In this document: positions 55,421 to 64,000 of the stretch, one piece after another
How positions within the stretch are numbered: position 1 is the stretch's first letter
Layout: every line of letters begins with the position of its first letter
Source of the DNA: Bacteroidota bacterium
GTDB taxonomy: Bacteria > Bacteroidota > Bacteroidia > Bacteroidales > GCA-2748055
Reading direction: 5' to 3'
DNA: 64,000 bases
Assembly: GCA_049325415.1 (NCBI GenBank)
Contig: JBMOLL010000040.1
Coordinates: 11,859 to 75,858 of the forward strand
Program-made: the position numbers and the translations under genes
Notes under the pieces: model-generated
Database searches by the model: none
Told to the model about the DNA's origin: nothing
The model's input: the letters and a program-made list of their open reading frames with translations, nothing else

Positions 55421-56536
55421 ATGCGCATTCTTATAGCCCCGAACAGCATGAAAGGCAGCCTTGATGCTCTCGCTTTTGCCGAAGCGCTGGCTTCCGGTCT
55501 GCGCCGCTCGGGCGGACCGTATGAGCTCATACTTTGCCCGGTTGCCGACGGTGGCGATCATACCGGGCCGGTCCTGGCAAAGGCCATGGGTTTAAGCGCC
55601 CGGTTCGCCGACGTGAGAGGCCCGTTTGGGCAGCCGGTCAGGGCGCCCTATTACCTTTCGGGCATAGACGCTGTGGTTGAACTGGCCGATGCCTCGGGTA
55701 TGAAACTATGTTCCGGAAAAGAACTCAATCCCCTGGAAGCTTCGACCTTCGGGACCGGCCAGCTCATCCTTGAAGCCATCCGGAACGGGGCCCGGGAACT
55801 GATCCTTGGAATCGGGGGAAGTGCGACAGTCGACGGAGGCAGCGGCTGTCTGGAGGCGCTGGGTTTTACTTTTCGCGACCTGCAGGGGAACATTCTGCCT
55901 GGCTGCGGAAGGAATCTGGAAAGGATCACCACGATTGAACCTCCTGCACTTGCTCCCTTTTCCGGATGCCGCATTACAGTGGCCTGTGACGTCGACAATC
56001 CCCTCTGCGGCGAAAACGGTGCAGCCCGGGTGTATGCACCTCAAAAAGGCGCGGGGCCCGAGGAAACACGCCTCCTCGAAAAGGGCCTGCTTGCATGGAG
56101 GAGGCTGTTATCGGAGTTTACCCGTGGGAGATGGAATGACCATGCCATGTGCGGCGCAGCCGGAGGGTGTGCTGCCGGTCTGGAGGCCCTGGCCGGAGCA
56201 CGTCTTACGGGCGGTGCGGAGCTGGTGCTGAAGGAAAGCGGATTCAATGAACTGCTTCCGGTCGCAGACCTTGTCATCACTGGTGAAGGCAGAATTGATT
56301 CCCAGACCGGTCATCTAAAGGCGCCCATGGCTGTGGCCCAGAAAGCGCTTCAGGCAGGGAAGAAAGTGATCGCTGTTGCAGGAACCGCCGACAATCCTCC
56401 CGATCTGTTTAACCGGATCCTGCTTTTCAGGGACATGGAAAACGACGTAGGTCGCTGTATGATGAATGCTCCGGAACTGGCAGAAAGAGCAGGCTTTCTG
56501 CTGGGACAGGAACTTAAGAGCTGGTCCGGCCGGTAA
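55421..56536 (+). CDS. glxK: Glycerate kinase
   Basis: MRILIAPNSMKGSLDA...CPVADGGDHTG...GIGGSATVDGGSG...VITGEGRIDSQT, the glycerate kinase family pattern. Start moved to 55421. Confidence 0.85.
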   Translation: MRILIAPNSMKGSLDALAFAEALASGLRRSGGPYELILCPVADGGDHTGPVLAKAMGLSARFADVRGPFGQPVRAPYYLSGIDAVVELADASGMKLCSGKELNPLEASTFGTGQLILEAIRNGARELILGIGGSATVDGGSGCLEALGFTFRDLQGNILPGCGRNLERITTIEPPALAPFSGCRITVACDVDNPLCGENGAARVYAPQKGAGPEETRLLEKGLLAWRRLLSEFTRGRWNDHAMCGAAGGCAAGLEALAGARLTGGAELVLKESGFNELLPVADLVITGEGRIDSQTGHLKAPMAVAQKALQAGKKVIAVAGTADNPPDLFNRILLFRDMENDVGRCMMNAPELAERAGFLLGQELKSWSGR

Positions 56537-57332
56537 GCCTGTCGATGTTCTTTTCAAAATCATCCGGACAGAATTCCGGGTTATACTGTGGATTTCTGTA
56601 GACTTCTCCCGTGTTGTAATTCACATAACCTTTGACAAACTGCAACGGAAGCAGGTAAATATCATCCGGTTCGCCCGAAGCGTTGCAGGGTGAGGACAGA
56701 ATGTGTTCAATGCTGAAATGCCGCATCTTCTGGAGAGCAAGTACTTCATCGTATCTGTGAAAGAGTTCCCTGGCAATGCCGATAATCACAAGGTACTCGC
56801 CCTGGTTTTTGCGCATATTGTGTTTATAGACGAGGTCGAGCTTATCTTTCCCGATGTTCTCCAGATCGTGATGAAAAGAATCCACAAAACGAAAACCATG
56901 GCCGAGTGTGTGTTCCACTTCACTTTTCCTGGAAAAATAACGGACATAAAGTACGGTTTCCACCGGATCCTGCAGAATAAAATCCTGTATGCGTTCGTCG
57001 AGGAACTTGTCCTTCCTGAAAAAGTGATCGAGGTTGACAAACTGCAGATTGCGGAGTAATTCCAGGATCTCCGATTGTTTCAGCTTACGGCTGGTTCCGA
57101 ATAACCTGACGGTAATGGATTCAATGAATATATTCTTCCTTGCCAGCTGAATGTTCAGGTAAACAATATAAGCCGCAAGCAGAATAATCAGTATATACTC
57201 AAGTTTGAACATCTCATCAGCGTATCTCAGAAGCCCTTTCCACCGCACCCGGCAGGCAGTATTGGCCCCTTTTAAACACTGTGTTGCATCAATGCTTTGT
57301 TCAAATGTACATTTTTCTGACTTGCCATGCAA
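56514..57332 (-). CDS. Membrane-anchored protein of unknown function (alternative start 57212)
   Basis: 272-aa ORF. A TM helix (YILIILLAAYIVYL) follows M41, so MFKLEY at 57212 is an equally plausible start. Lies downstream of, and co-oriented with, the cyclase gene. Its 3' end overlaps glxK convergently by 23 nt. Confidence 0.5.
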   Translation of the reverse strand: MHGKSEKCTFEQSIDATQCLKGANTACRVRWKGLLRYADEMFKLEYILIILLAAYIVYLNIQLARKNIFIESITVRLFGTSRKLKQSEILELLRNLQFVNLDHFFRKDKFLDERIQDFILQDPVETVLYVRYFSRKSEVEHTLGHGFRFVDSFHHDLENIGKDKLDLVYKHNMRKNQGEYLVIIGIARELFHRYDEVLALQKMRHFSIEHILSSPCNASGEPDDIYLLPLQFVKGYVNYNTGEVYRNPQYNPEFCPDDFEKNIDRLTGRTSS

Positions 57333-57377
57333 TCCTGCTTATGAACAGGCTGTTGCATCTTCACCTGGAAGATGCCT

Positions 57378-58769
57378 TTATTCATCATCCAGCAGGCTCC
57401 GGATCCGGTCGATCTGCATCTGCTTATTTACCTCCCGCAGGCTCTGGGCAGTACGTGTAAAATACTGGTGGCCCGAAATGAACTTTATCTGAAGCTTGTT
57501 CCAGTCATTTAGGGTTCCAATCTTATTCTGTTCCTTCAGTTCCTTGTAAAGCGTGTTGGAAACAGGGATCATATCACTTCTTCCGAGGTAATCGAGGTCG
57601 GCGTCGCAGATGATTTCTTCCAGCAGGTTAGTGGGTCTTGGCGGAAGCTTGGTGGCCATAATGATCTCACAGATCCGGTCGATCTCTTCAGCGGTATAGG
57701 CAAAGTCGGGAAGGATCTTTCTGGCGAGTACGGTTCCGTGATACTCATGATTGTCGTAGGCAACGGTATGACCCGCGTCGTGAAACAGCCCGGCTGTTTT
57801 CAGGAGCAGGATCTCATCATCGTTGACTCCCTCTGCCCAGCCGATCAGCTCAACTTCGGTGGTCACATCAACGGTATGCTTGACATTGTGGTAATACAGG
57901 TAAGCCGGTAATTCCTTTTCCAGTTTATCCAGGATGATTTCCTGCAGGTCGGTGAACTGGATCAGCTTGAATTTCGTATCGAAGCCCGGGTTTGGTTTCT
58001 TTCCCTCTCCGTTTACCGAAAACTCGGGCCTTATCCCCTGAACAACAAACATTTCAAGGTCGCCTTTGTATTTTACCGGCATTTTCCCGTAATAGGCGCA
58101 CACAAAGAACTCCTTGATCAGCTCATAGGTCATGACGGAGATCAGTACCTTCCCGCTGTCACCGATACTCTGCATCCGGTGGGCGATATTTACCGTGTCC
58201 CCTTTCAGGTCATAGCTGATCTTTCGCTTACCCGTTATTGAGGCGGTAACCGGACCGGTATGGATGCCCAGGCTGATGTTCCAGACCTGCCGTCCGCTTT
58301 CGGTGACCAGCGACCTCAGATAATCGCTCATCTCCAGAGCAGCCATAACCACCTGGATGGGGTTGGTGATATTTTTTTCCGGGATACCCCCAGCGGCCAT
58401 GTAAGTATCCCCGATGGTCTTGATCTTGTGGATCTTGTATTTTTTCAGGATCCTGTCGAAAAAGATCATTACTTCGTCCAGCTGATCCATCATGCGCGTT
58501 GAGTCCTGATCCTCCGTCACCACCGAGAATCCACTGATATTGACAAAAAGGATCGTGGCCATTTTGAACTTCCGGATCACCTCCTCTTCTCCGGTAAGTT
58601 CCAGCTTTCCATCATATTTGGACTGCCTGAGCAGGGCTTCGATCCGTTCGTTCTTTTCCGACAATTCTTCCAGCTGACGTTGCAGCTTATCATTGGTCTC
58701 GATAAGCTCCTGGTTCTGTTTGACCAGGCGCGAAATACGCTTCAGCAGTTCATCCTGTTTCTGGTTCAT
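57378..58769 (-). CDS. Coiled-coil / class III nucleotidyl cyclase / HD-domain fusion protein
   Basis: 463 aa. Has an N-terminal coiled coil. The cyclase core is ILFVNISGFS...KTIGDTYMAAGG...YDLKGDTVNIAHRMQS. The C-terminal domain carries YYHNVKHTVDV...LFHDAGH...DADLDYLG (an HD / PDE-like metal motif). Confidence 0.8.
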   Translation of the reverse strand: MNQKQDELLKRISRLVKQNQELIETNDKLQRQLEELSEKNERIEALLRQSKYDGKLELTGEEEVIRKFKMATILFVNISGFSVVTEDQDSTRMMDQLDEVMIFFDRILKKYKIHKIKTIGDTYMAAGGIPEKNITNPIQVVMAALEMSDYLRSLVTESGRQVWNISLGIHTGPVTASITGKRKISYDLKGDTVNIAHRMQSIGDSGKVLISVMTYELIKEFFVCAYYGKMPVKYKGDLEMFVVQGIRPEFSVNGEGKKPNPGFDTKFKLIQFTDLQEIILDKLEKELPAYLYYHNVKHTVDVTTEVELIGWAEGVNDDEILLLKTAGLFHDAGHTVAYDNHEYHGTVLARKILPDFAYTAEEIDRICEIIMATKLPPRPTNLLEEIICDADLDYLGRSDMIPVSNTLYKELKEQNKIGTLNDWNKLQIKFISGHQYFTRTAQSLREVNKQMQIDRIRSLLDDE

Positions 58770-58891
58770 GGGCTTGATTTACTCAACAAATGTGCTGCAG
58801 TGACGTTAAAGGAAAATAAATATAAGTTTTTTTCCGCTATGCAATTTTATATTTTTACGCAATTATCCTCCTAAATGTTATTTAAAATTCC

Positions 58892-59914
58892 ATGAGAAGA
58901 ACCGGATTACCCCTGCTTTTATTTCTGTTCCTGACCTTAACGGCAGGAGCCCAGAACAATAAGAATTTTACCGTACTTTTCTACAATGCTGAAAACCTTT
59001 TTGATACCCTGGATGCCAGTGGCTTTTCGGACGAGGAATTCACACCTGCCGGACGAAAGAACTGGACCTCCGATCGTTACGAAAAGAAAATCAACGACAT
59101 AGGAAGAGTTATGAATTCCCTTCCCGACCCCGGACTTCCCGATATTATCGGTCTGGCTGAAGTGGAAAACCAGAAGGTTCTGGAGGACCTCACCCGATCG
59201 GCCGGGTTATCGGCTGGAAATTATGCCATTGTTCACGAGGAATCCCGCGATGAGAGAGGCATCGACTGCGCCCTGCTTTACAGAAAGGAGGTATTCAGGT
59301 ACAAAGGTCATGAAGCCATTGCTGTGTCCGACCCCAGGGATACCTCTGCCGTTTACAGGGACATTCTTCATGTATGGGGTCTTGCCCCGGACGGAAAGAT
59401 GATCCATTTTTTTGTCAACCACTGGAAATCCAGGATAGGCGGTGCGGAACAAACCGAGTACCAGCGCATGTTCTCCGCAGTTGTTCTCCGGAGGGCTGTG
59501 GACCAGCTTTATTCCCAGGAGCGCGATCCGCGGGTTGTCATTATGGGGGATTTCAACGATGAGCCTACGAACAAGAGCCTTACCGATGTTCTGCATGCGG
59601 CCAATAAGCGAAAGAACACAGGGATCGGCGATCTGTACAACCTGATGTACGATATGAACAACCTCGACCTGGAAGGAAGTTACAATTACCGGGGAACCTG
59701 GCAGAATTACGACCAGATCATTGTAAGCTACAACCTCCTTCGCCAGCAGGGCGGGCTCTCGGCGGGCTACGACAATGGAAAGATACTCAAAGCCGAATGG
59801 ATGCTGATGGACAGCGACGGGATCAGGGTGCCTTCGCCGGTCTACAGGGGGAGCAGTTATCTCGGGGGAGTCAGTGACCACCTGCCGGTATACGTGGTTT
59901 TTAATATCAAATAA
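58892..59914 (+). CDS. Secreted endonuclease/exonuclease/phosphatase (EEP) family protein
   Basis: 340 aa with a signal peptide. FTVLFYNAENLFD, GLAEVEN, MGDFND, SDHLPV, the EEP catalytic motifs. Confidence 0.85.
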   Translation: MRRTGLPLLLFLFLTLTAGAQNNKNFTVLFYNAENLFDTLDASGFSDEEFTPAGRKNWTSDRYEKKINDIGRVMNSLPDPGLPDIIGLAEVENQKVLEDLTRSAGLSAGNYAIVHEESRDERGIDCALLYRKEVFRYKGHEAIAVSDPRDTSAVYRDILHVWGLAPDGKMIHFFVNHWKSRIGGAEQTEYQRMFSAVVLRRAVDQLYSQERDPRVVIMGDFNDEPTNKSLTDVLHAANKRKNTGIGDLYNLMYDMNNLDLEGSYNYRGTWQNYDQIIVSYNLLRQQGGLSAGYDNGKILKAEWMLMDSDGIRVPSPVYRGSSYLGGVSDHLPVYVVFNIK

Positions 59915-61923
59915 TGGATTTCAGGCTTACCTCCGAATACACGCCTACCGGTGATCAGCCGGAAGCCATCCGTGAACTGGTGGAAGGATTGCGCTCAGGT
60001 GAACCTTATATGACCCTGCTCGGGGTGACCGGATCAGGCAAGACTTTTACCGTTGCCAACGTCATCAGGGAGCTTAACCGGCCCACCCTTGTGCTGAGCC
60101 ACAACAAAACCCTTGCAGCCCAGTTATACAGCGAGTTCAAGCAGTTCTTCCCCGATAATGCCGTGGAATACTTTGTTTCGTATTACGATTATTACCAGCC
60201 GGAGGCCTATCTGCCGGTAACGGACACCTATATCGAGAAAGACCTTTCGATTAATGAAGAGATTGAAAAACTGAGGCTGAGTGCAACCAGCGCCCTGCTT
60301 TCAGGCAGGAAGGATGTGATTGTGGTATCCTCTGTTTCCTGTCTCTACGGCATCGGCAACCCGGATGATTTCCATTCCACGACCATCAGGCTTCGGCGGG
60401 GAGAAACACTGAGCCGGAATGTGTTGTTGCGCAGGCTGGTCGACAGTCTGTATTCGAGGAATGAAGTGGATTTCAAAGCCGGGACTTTCCGGGTCAGGGG
60501 AGATACCGTGGATATCAGCCTGGCCTACACTGATCTGGGCTACAGGATCAGTTTCTGGGGGGATGAAATGGAGACGCTGCAGTCTTTTGATCCCTTAACC
60601 GGGCATATTATTGAGGAGATGGAAGAAATGACCATTTTCCCGGCGAATATTTTTATCACCTCGAAAAACAGGATCAAACAGGCTCTGATTGAGATCCAGG
60701 ACGATATGATGAAACAGGTGGAGTTTTTCAAGTCACAAAGTCGTTTCATCGAAGCCCAGCGAATTGAAGAGCGGGTGACCTACGACCTGGAAATGATCCG
60801 TGAGCTGGGCCATTGTCCGGGGATCGAGAACTATTCCCGCTATTTCGACGGCCGTCCGTCAGGGACCCGCCCCTTTTGCCTTCTCGACTACTTTCCGGAG
60901 GATTTCCTGACCGTCATTGATGAAAGTCATGTGACCATCCCACAGATCCGCGGGATGTACGGAGGTGACAACAGCCGTAAAAGGAACCTCGTTGAATACG
61001 GCTTTCGCCTGCCTGCCGCGGTCGACAACCGTCCGCTGCAGTTCGAGGAATTTGAGGAACTGGTCGGCCAGGTTTTGTATGTCAGTGCCACACCGGCCGA
61101 TTATGAGCTGGAGCGTTCCGGCGGGGTGGTTGTGGAACAGGTCATTCGTCCGACCGGTCTACTGGACCCGCTGATAGATGTCAGGCCCAGCCTGAACCAG
61201 ATCGACCATCTCATCGGGGAAATAAACAGGCGTGTGGCTGAAAAAGAAAGGGTTCTTGTAACGACCCTGACGAAGCGTATGGCAGAGGAACTCACGGCCT
61301 ATCTGATCCGCCTGAATATCAAGACCCGTTATGTACACAGCGATGTGGACACCCTTGAGCGGGTTGAGATCCTCGACGGTCTGCGTAAAGGAACCTTTGA
61401 TGTGCTTGTGGGGGTAAACCTGCTGCGTGAAGGCCTGGATCTGCCCGAGGTATCGCTGGTGGCCATACTGGATGCAGACAAGGAAGGATTCCTGCGTTCG
61501 GAGCGCTCACTCACGCAGACAGCCGGCCGCGCAGCAAGGAACATCAACGGTAAGGTGATCATGTATGCCGATAACATGACCCGGTCGATGAAAGCGATGA
61601 TCGAGGAGACCAACCGGCGCAGGGAGAAGCAGCTGAAGTACAATGAGGAAAACAACATCACGCCGCAGCAGATCAGAAAGGCGCATGTTTCCCTGTTCGA
61701 TCAGCGCAGCGATCTCGACAGGCCGGGGGTATATGCCGGCCAGGCCCGGGCGGAGATTGCTGCTGATCCGGTGGTGAAGTACATGGGCCGGGAAGCTCTG
61801 GAGAAAGCCATTGAGAATGCTAAAAGATCGATGGAGAAGGCAGCCCGTGAGCTGGACTTCATTGAAGCGGCGCGTTTCAGGGATGAGATGTACGCCTATC
61901 AGGAACGTCTGCGCTCGCTGTAA
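59914..61923 (+). CDS. uvrB: Excinuclease ABC subunit B
   Basis: 669 aa. YTPTGDQPEAI, GVTGSGKTFT, helicase motifs and a C-terminal UVR domain (ELDFIEAARFRDE). Confidence 0.97.
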   Translation: MDFRLTSEYTPTGDQPEAIRELVEGLRSGEPYMTLLGVTGSGKTFTVANVIRELNRPTLVLSHNKTLAAQLYSEFKQFFPDNAVEYFVSYYDYYQPEAYLPVTDTYIEKDLSINEEIEKLRLSATSALLSGRKDVIVVSSVSCLYGIGNPDDFHSTTIRLRRGETLSRNVLLRRLVDSLYSRNEVDFKAGTFRVRGDTVDISLAYTDLGYRISFWGDEMETLQSFDPLTGHIIEEMEEMTIFPANIFITSKNRIKQALIEIQDDMMKQVEFFKSQSRFIEAQRIEERVTYDLEMIRELGHCPGIENYSRYFDGRPSGTRPFCLLDYFPEDFLTVIDESHVTIPQIRGMYGGDNSRKRNLVEYGFRLPAAVDNRPLQFEEFEELVGQVLYVSATPADYELERSGGVVVEQVIRPTGLLDPLIDVRPSLNQIDHLIGEINRRVAEKERVLVTTLTKRMAEELTAYLIRLNIKTRYVHSDVDTLERVEILDGLRKGTFDVLVGVNLLREGLDLPEVSLVAILDADKEGFLRSERSLTQTAGRAARNINGKVIMYADNMTRSMKAMIEETNRRREKQLKYNEENNITPQQIRKAHVSLFDQRSDLDRPGVYAGQARAEIAADPVVKYMGREALEKAIENAKRSMEKAARELDFIEAARFRDEMYAYQERLRSL

Positions 61924-61930
61924 AACAAAC

Positions 61931-61951
61931 GGGGCCGCTGTCAGCGGCCCC
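61931..61951 (-). terminator. GC-rich hairpin between convergent uvrB and rpoD (terminator, better tail on the minus strand)
   Basis: GGGGCCGCT-gtc-AGCGGCCCC, a perfect 9-bp stem. The minus-strand tail is GTTTGTTTTA. Confidence 0.65.
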
Positions 61952-61973
61952 GAATCACAATCTTTTCTATGTT

Positions 61974-62834
61974 CTAACCAAGGTATCCTTTCAGTAATTT
62001 GCTCCTGGATGTGTGGCGCAGCCTTCTGATTGCCTTCTCCTTGATCTGACGAACGCGCTCGCGGGTCAGACCGAACTTCTCGCCGATCTCTTCCAGGGTC
62101 ATCTCCTGACAACTAATACCAAAAAAGAGTTTGATGATGTCCCTCTCACGCTCCGTCAATGTGGCCAGTGCCCGGTCCACCTCTTTCGACAGCGACTCAT
62201 TGATGAGTACATTGTCGGCATTGGGTGAATCATTATTGACGAGGACGTCGAGCAGACTGTTGTCTTCACCGTCGACAAAAGGTGCATCAACAGATACATG
62301 GCGACCCGAAACCCGCAGGGTATCGGAAACCTTCTCCTTGGGCAACTCCAGTGCATCAGCCAGCTCTTCCGGGGTCGGGGTACGTTCGTACTCCTGCTCA
62401 AATTTCGAAAAAGCCTTGTTGATTTTGTTCAGGGAGCCTACCTGGTTCAGGGGAAGGCGAACAATTCTTGATTGTTCGGCCAGTGCCTGAAGAATGGACT
62501 GACGGATCCACCAAACCGCATAGGAAATAAACTTGAAGCCCCTGGTTTCGTCGAATTTTTCAGCAGCCTTGATCAGTCCTAAATTTCCCTCATTAATGAG
62601 GTCTGGCAAACTAAGCCCCTGATTCTGATACTGCTTTGCAACTGATACAACAAACCTGAGGTTCGCTCTGGTGAGCTTTTCAAGTGCGGCACGGTCTCCT
62701 TTCTTGATCCGTTGAGCCAATTCCACCTCTTCCTCAACAGTGATCAACTCTTCCTTACCAATCTCCTGTAAATACTTGTCCAAAGAAGCACTCTCTCTGT
62801 TGGTAATAGATTTTGTGATCTTTAACTGTCTCAT
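61974..62834 (-). CDS. rpoD: Primary RNA polymerase sigma factor (sigma-A, Bacteroidetes short form)
   Basis: 286 aa. [27 protein letters not shown], region 2 [38 protein letters not shown], region 4 [23 protein letters not shown]. Confidence 0.95.
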   Translation of the reverse strand: MRQLKITKSITNRESASLDKYLQEIGKEELITVEEEVELAQRIKKGDRAALEKLTRANLRFVVSVAKQYQNQGLSLPDLINEGNLGLIKAAEKFDETRGFKFISYAVWWIRQSILQALAEQSRIVRLPLNQVGSLNKINKAFSKFEQEYERTPTPEELADALELPKEKVSDTLRVSGRHVSVDAPFVDGEDNSLLDVLVNNDSPNADNVLINESLSKEVDRALATLTERERDIIKLFFGISCQEMTLEEIGEKFGLTRERVRQIKEKAIRRLRHTSRSKLLKGYLG

Positions 62835-62994
62835 TATACCTCCTCTAAAAAAGAATAAAATAAAAACGCTGCAAATTTATTGCTATATTTATTTGTAATC
62901 AATTTAAATTACAAACATTTTCAAACAAACAGGTGAAGGAGCTTCACCAGGAAGGCCTCCTTCACCCTTATTTTATGTGGTAAAAAGCCCTGTT

Positions 62995-64000
62995 TTACAG
63001 ACCAAAGGCATAGTAGGAACGGGATCCGTCGCCGTAGACACCTTCGATGTAAACTCCTCCTTCAACTTTACTGATGATCTCCTTAATATCATTAACGCTA
63101 TTAACCGGCTGATTGTTGACTGAAGTGATAATAAATCCTTCTTTTATGCCAACTTTCATAAATTTGCCTGAGCTGACCGAGGTCACTTTCACACCGTTTC
63201 GCAGTCCCAGTGCCTTTATTTCCCTCTCGGATGCCGGTTCAAATGTGGCTCCCAGTGAGGCAATCGTGTCGGTTGCCCTGACAATATCCGTGTTTCCGCT
63301 GGTGTTACGTAAAACAACCTCAAATTGTTTCAATTTACCATCCCTGTTGACATCAACGGTAATTTTATCCTTCGGGCGGTATTTGCTGACCTGTTCCTGG
63401 AGTTCGGCCACCGATTTGACCTTGATCCCGTTTATGGAGGTCACAACATCGCCAGCCTTTATCCCGGCTTCGATGGCAGCGCCGTCTTCACGAAGACCGT
63501 TAACATAGACTCCTTCCATGGTTTCAATCTTGAGTTCTTTAGCCAGATCCGAGGTTATATCCTGAATCGTGATCCCCAGGATAGCCCGCTGAACATCGCC
63601 GAATTCAATGAGGTCGGAAACCACTTTATGAACAATACTTACCGGAATGGCAAAGGAATAGCCCGAATAGTCACCCGTTCGTGATGCAATGGCCGTATTG
63701 ATCCCGACAAGTTCGCCGTTGGTATTGACCAGTGCTCCTCCGCTGTTACCGGGATTGACTGCCGCATCGGTCTGGATAAACGATTCGATGGAGAAATCTC
63801 CCCTGAGGATATTGATATTTCTGGCCTTGGCACTTACAATACCGGCAGTAACCGTAGAGGTGAGGTTATAGGGATTACCGATCGCTAGCACCCATTCTCC
63901 CAGTCTTAACTTGTCTGAATCGCCATAGGACAGATAGGGCAATCCGGTTTCGTCGATCTTGAGCAGTGCAAGGTCCGTGGTTGGATCGGTCCCAACCAGT
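62995..64000 (-). CDS. htrA: HtrA/DegP-family serine protease with PDZ domains (N-terminus beyond the window end)
   Basis: TDAAVNPGNSGGALVN catalytic-Ser motif and two PDZ-like regions. The reading frame stays open to position 64000 (..LVGTDPTTDLALLKIDETGLPYLSYGDS..). Confidence 0.9.
   Translation of the reverse strand, partial: LVGTDPTTDLALLKIDETGLPYLSYGDSDKLRLGEWVLAIGNPYNLTSTVTAGIVSAKARNINILRGDFSIESFIQTDAAVNPGNSGGALVNTNGELVGINTAIASRTGDYSGYSFAIPVSIVHKVVSDLIEFGDVQRAILGITIQDITSDLAKELKIETMEGVYVNGLREDGAAIEAGIKAGDVVTSINGIKVKSVAELQEQVSKYRPKDKITVDVNRDGKLKQFEVVLRNTSGNTDIVRATDTIASLGATFEPASEREIKALGLRNGVKVTSVSSGKFMKVGIKEGFIITSVNNQPVNSVNDIKEIISKVEGGVYIEGVYGDGSRSYYAFGL

Noticed and set aside
53976-56536. 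Integrated element adjacent to tRNA-Pro
   Set aside because: There is no integrase, excisionase or phage/conjugation gene downstream (trxB and glycerate kinase follow). I did not notice a duplicated tRNA 3' end that could serve as an att site.
56514-58769. Cyclase plus downstream membrane protein as a Pycsar/CBASS-like antiphage signalling pair
   Set aside because: The cyclase is a large multidomain signalling protein (coiled coil + HD). The downstream protein shows no cyclic-nucleotide-binding, TIR, patatin or nuclease motif. The flanking genes are ordinary housekeeping genes and not a defence island.

Overview
This window is a Bacteroidota-type chromosome segment. The evidence is SusC/SusD pairs, a T9SS C-terminal sorting domain, TAnnTTTG -7 promoter boxes and a 286-aa sigma-A. 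I call about 60 protein genes and one tRNA-Pro(GGG). I saw no rRNA, CRISPR array, transposase or integrase.

Layout:
- 1-15.5 kb: a cysD fragment, then two paralogous SusC/SusD loci on the minus strand. They carry unknown surface lipoproteins and a T9SS-secreted C10 cysteine protease, but no glycoside hydrolase.
- 16-27 kb: housekeeping genes (ftcD-hutI, DUF819, fabI, recN, DUF4835, coaBC, rpoZ, bamD).
- 27-28.3 kb: an alpha-oxoamine synthase.
- 28.4-34.4 kb: a 9-gene arsenic operon (arsR, three thiol-redox genes, arsP, a ProC-like reductase, arsC, arsM, acr3).
- 35-38.3 kb: an FNR-type regulator with a NifX-like protein, an atypical thioredoxin and a thioredoxin-reductase paralogue that lacks the NADPH motif.
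- 39.4-44.8 kb: a GH35-like hydrolase, orphan secreted proteins and a TPR protein.
- 45-51.6 kb: TolC-MacA-MacB plus a LytS/LytTR two-component system.
- 51.6-64 kb: GNAT, tRNA-Pro, trxB, glycerate kinase, a class III cyclase-HD fusion, an EEP nuclease, uvrB, rpoD and an htrA fragment.

Most unusual observations:
1. Mosaic heptanucleotide arrays and hairpin-rich extragenic modules occupy three intergenic loci (20.3-21.0, 39.1-39.45 and 42.6-43.3 kb).
2. A thioredoxin / CxxC-lipoprotein / CcdA-like triad and a ProC-like reductase sit inside the ars operon.
3. A redox cluster next to the ars operon has a TrxR paralogue with the HRRxxxR NADPH motif replaced.
4. The essential gene coaBC is split by an A11 homopolymer.
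5. The SusC/SusD loci are protease-linked and free of CAZymes, and they share a conserved promoter and leader.

All family assignments come from motif recognition by eye. No database search was run.
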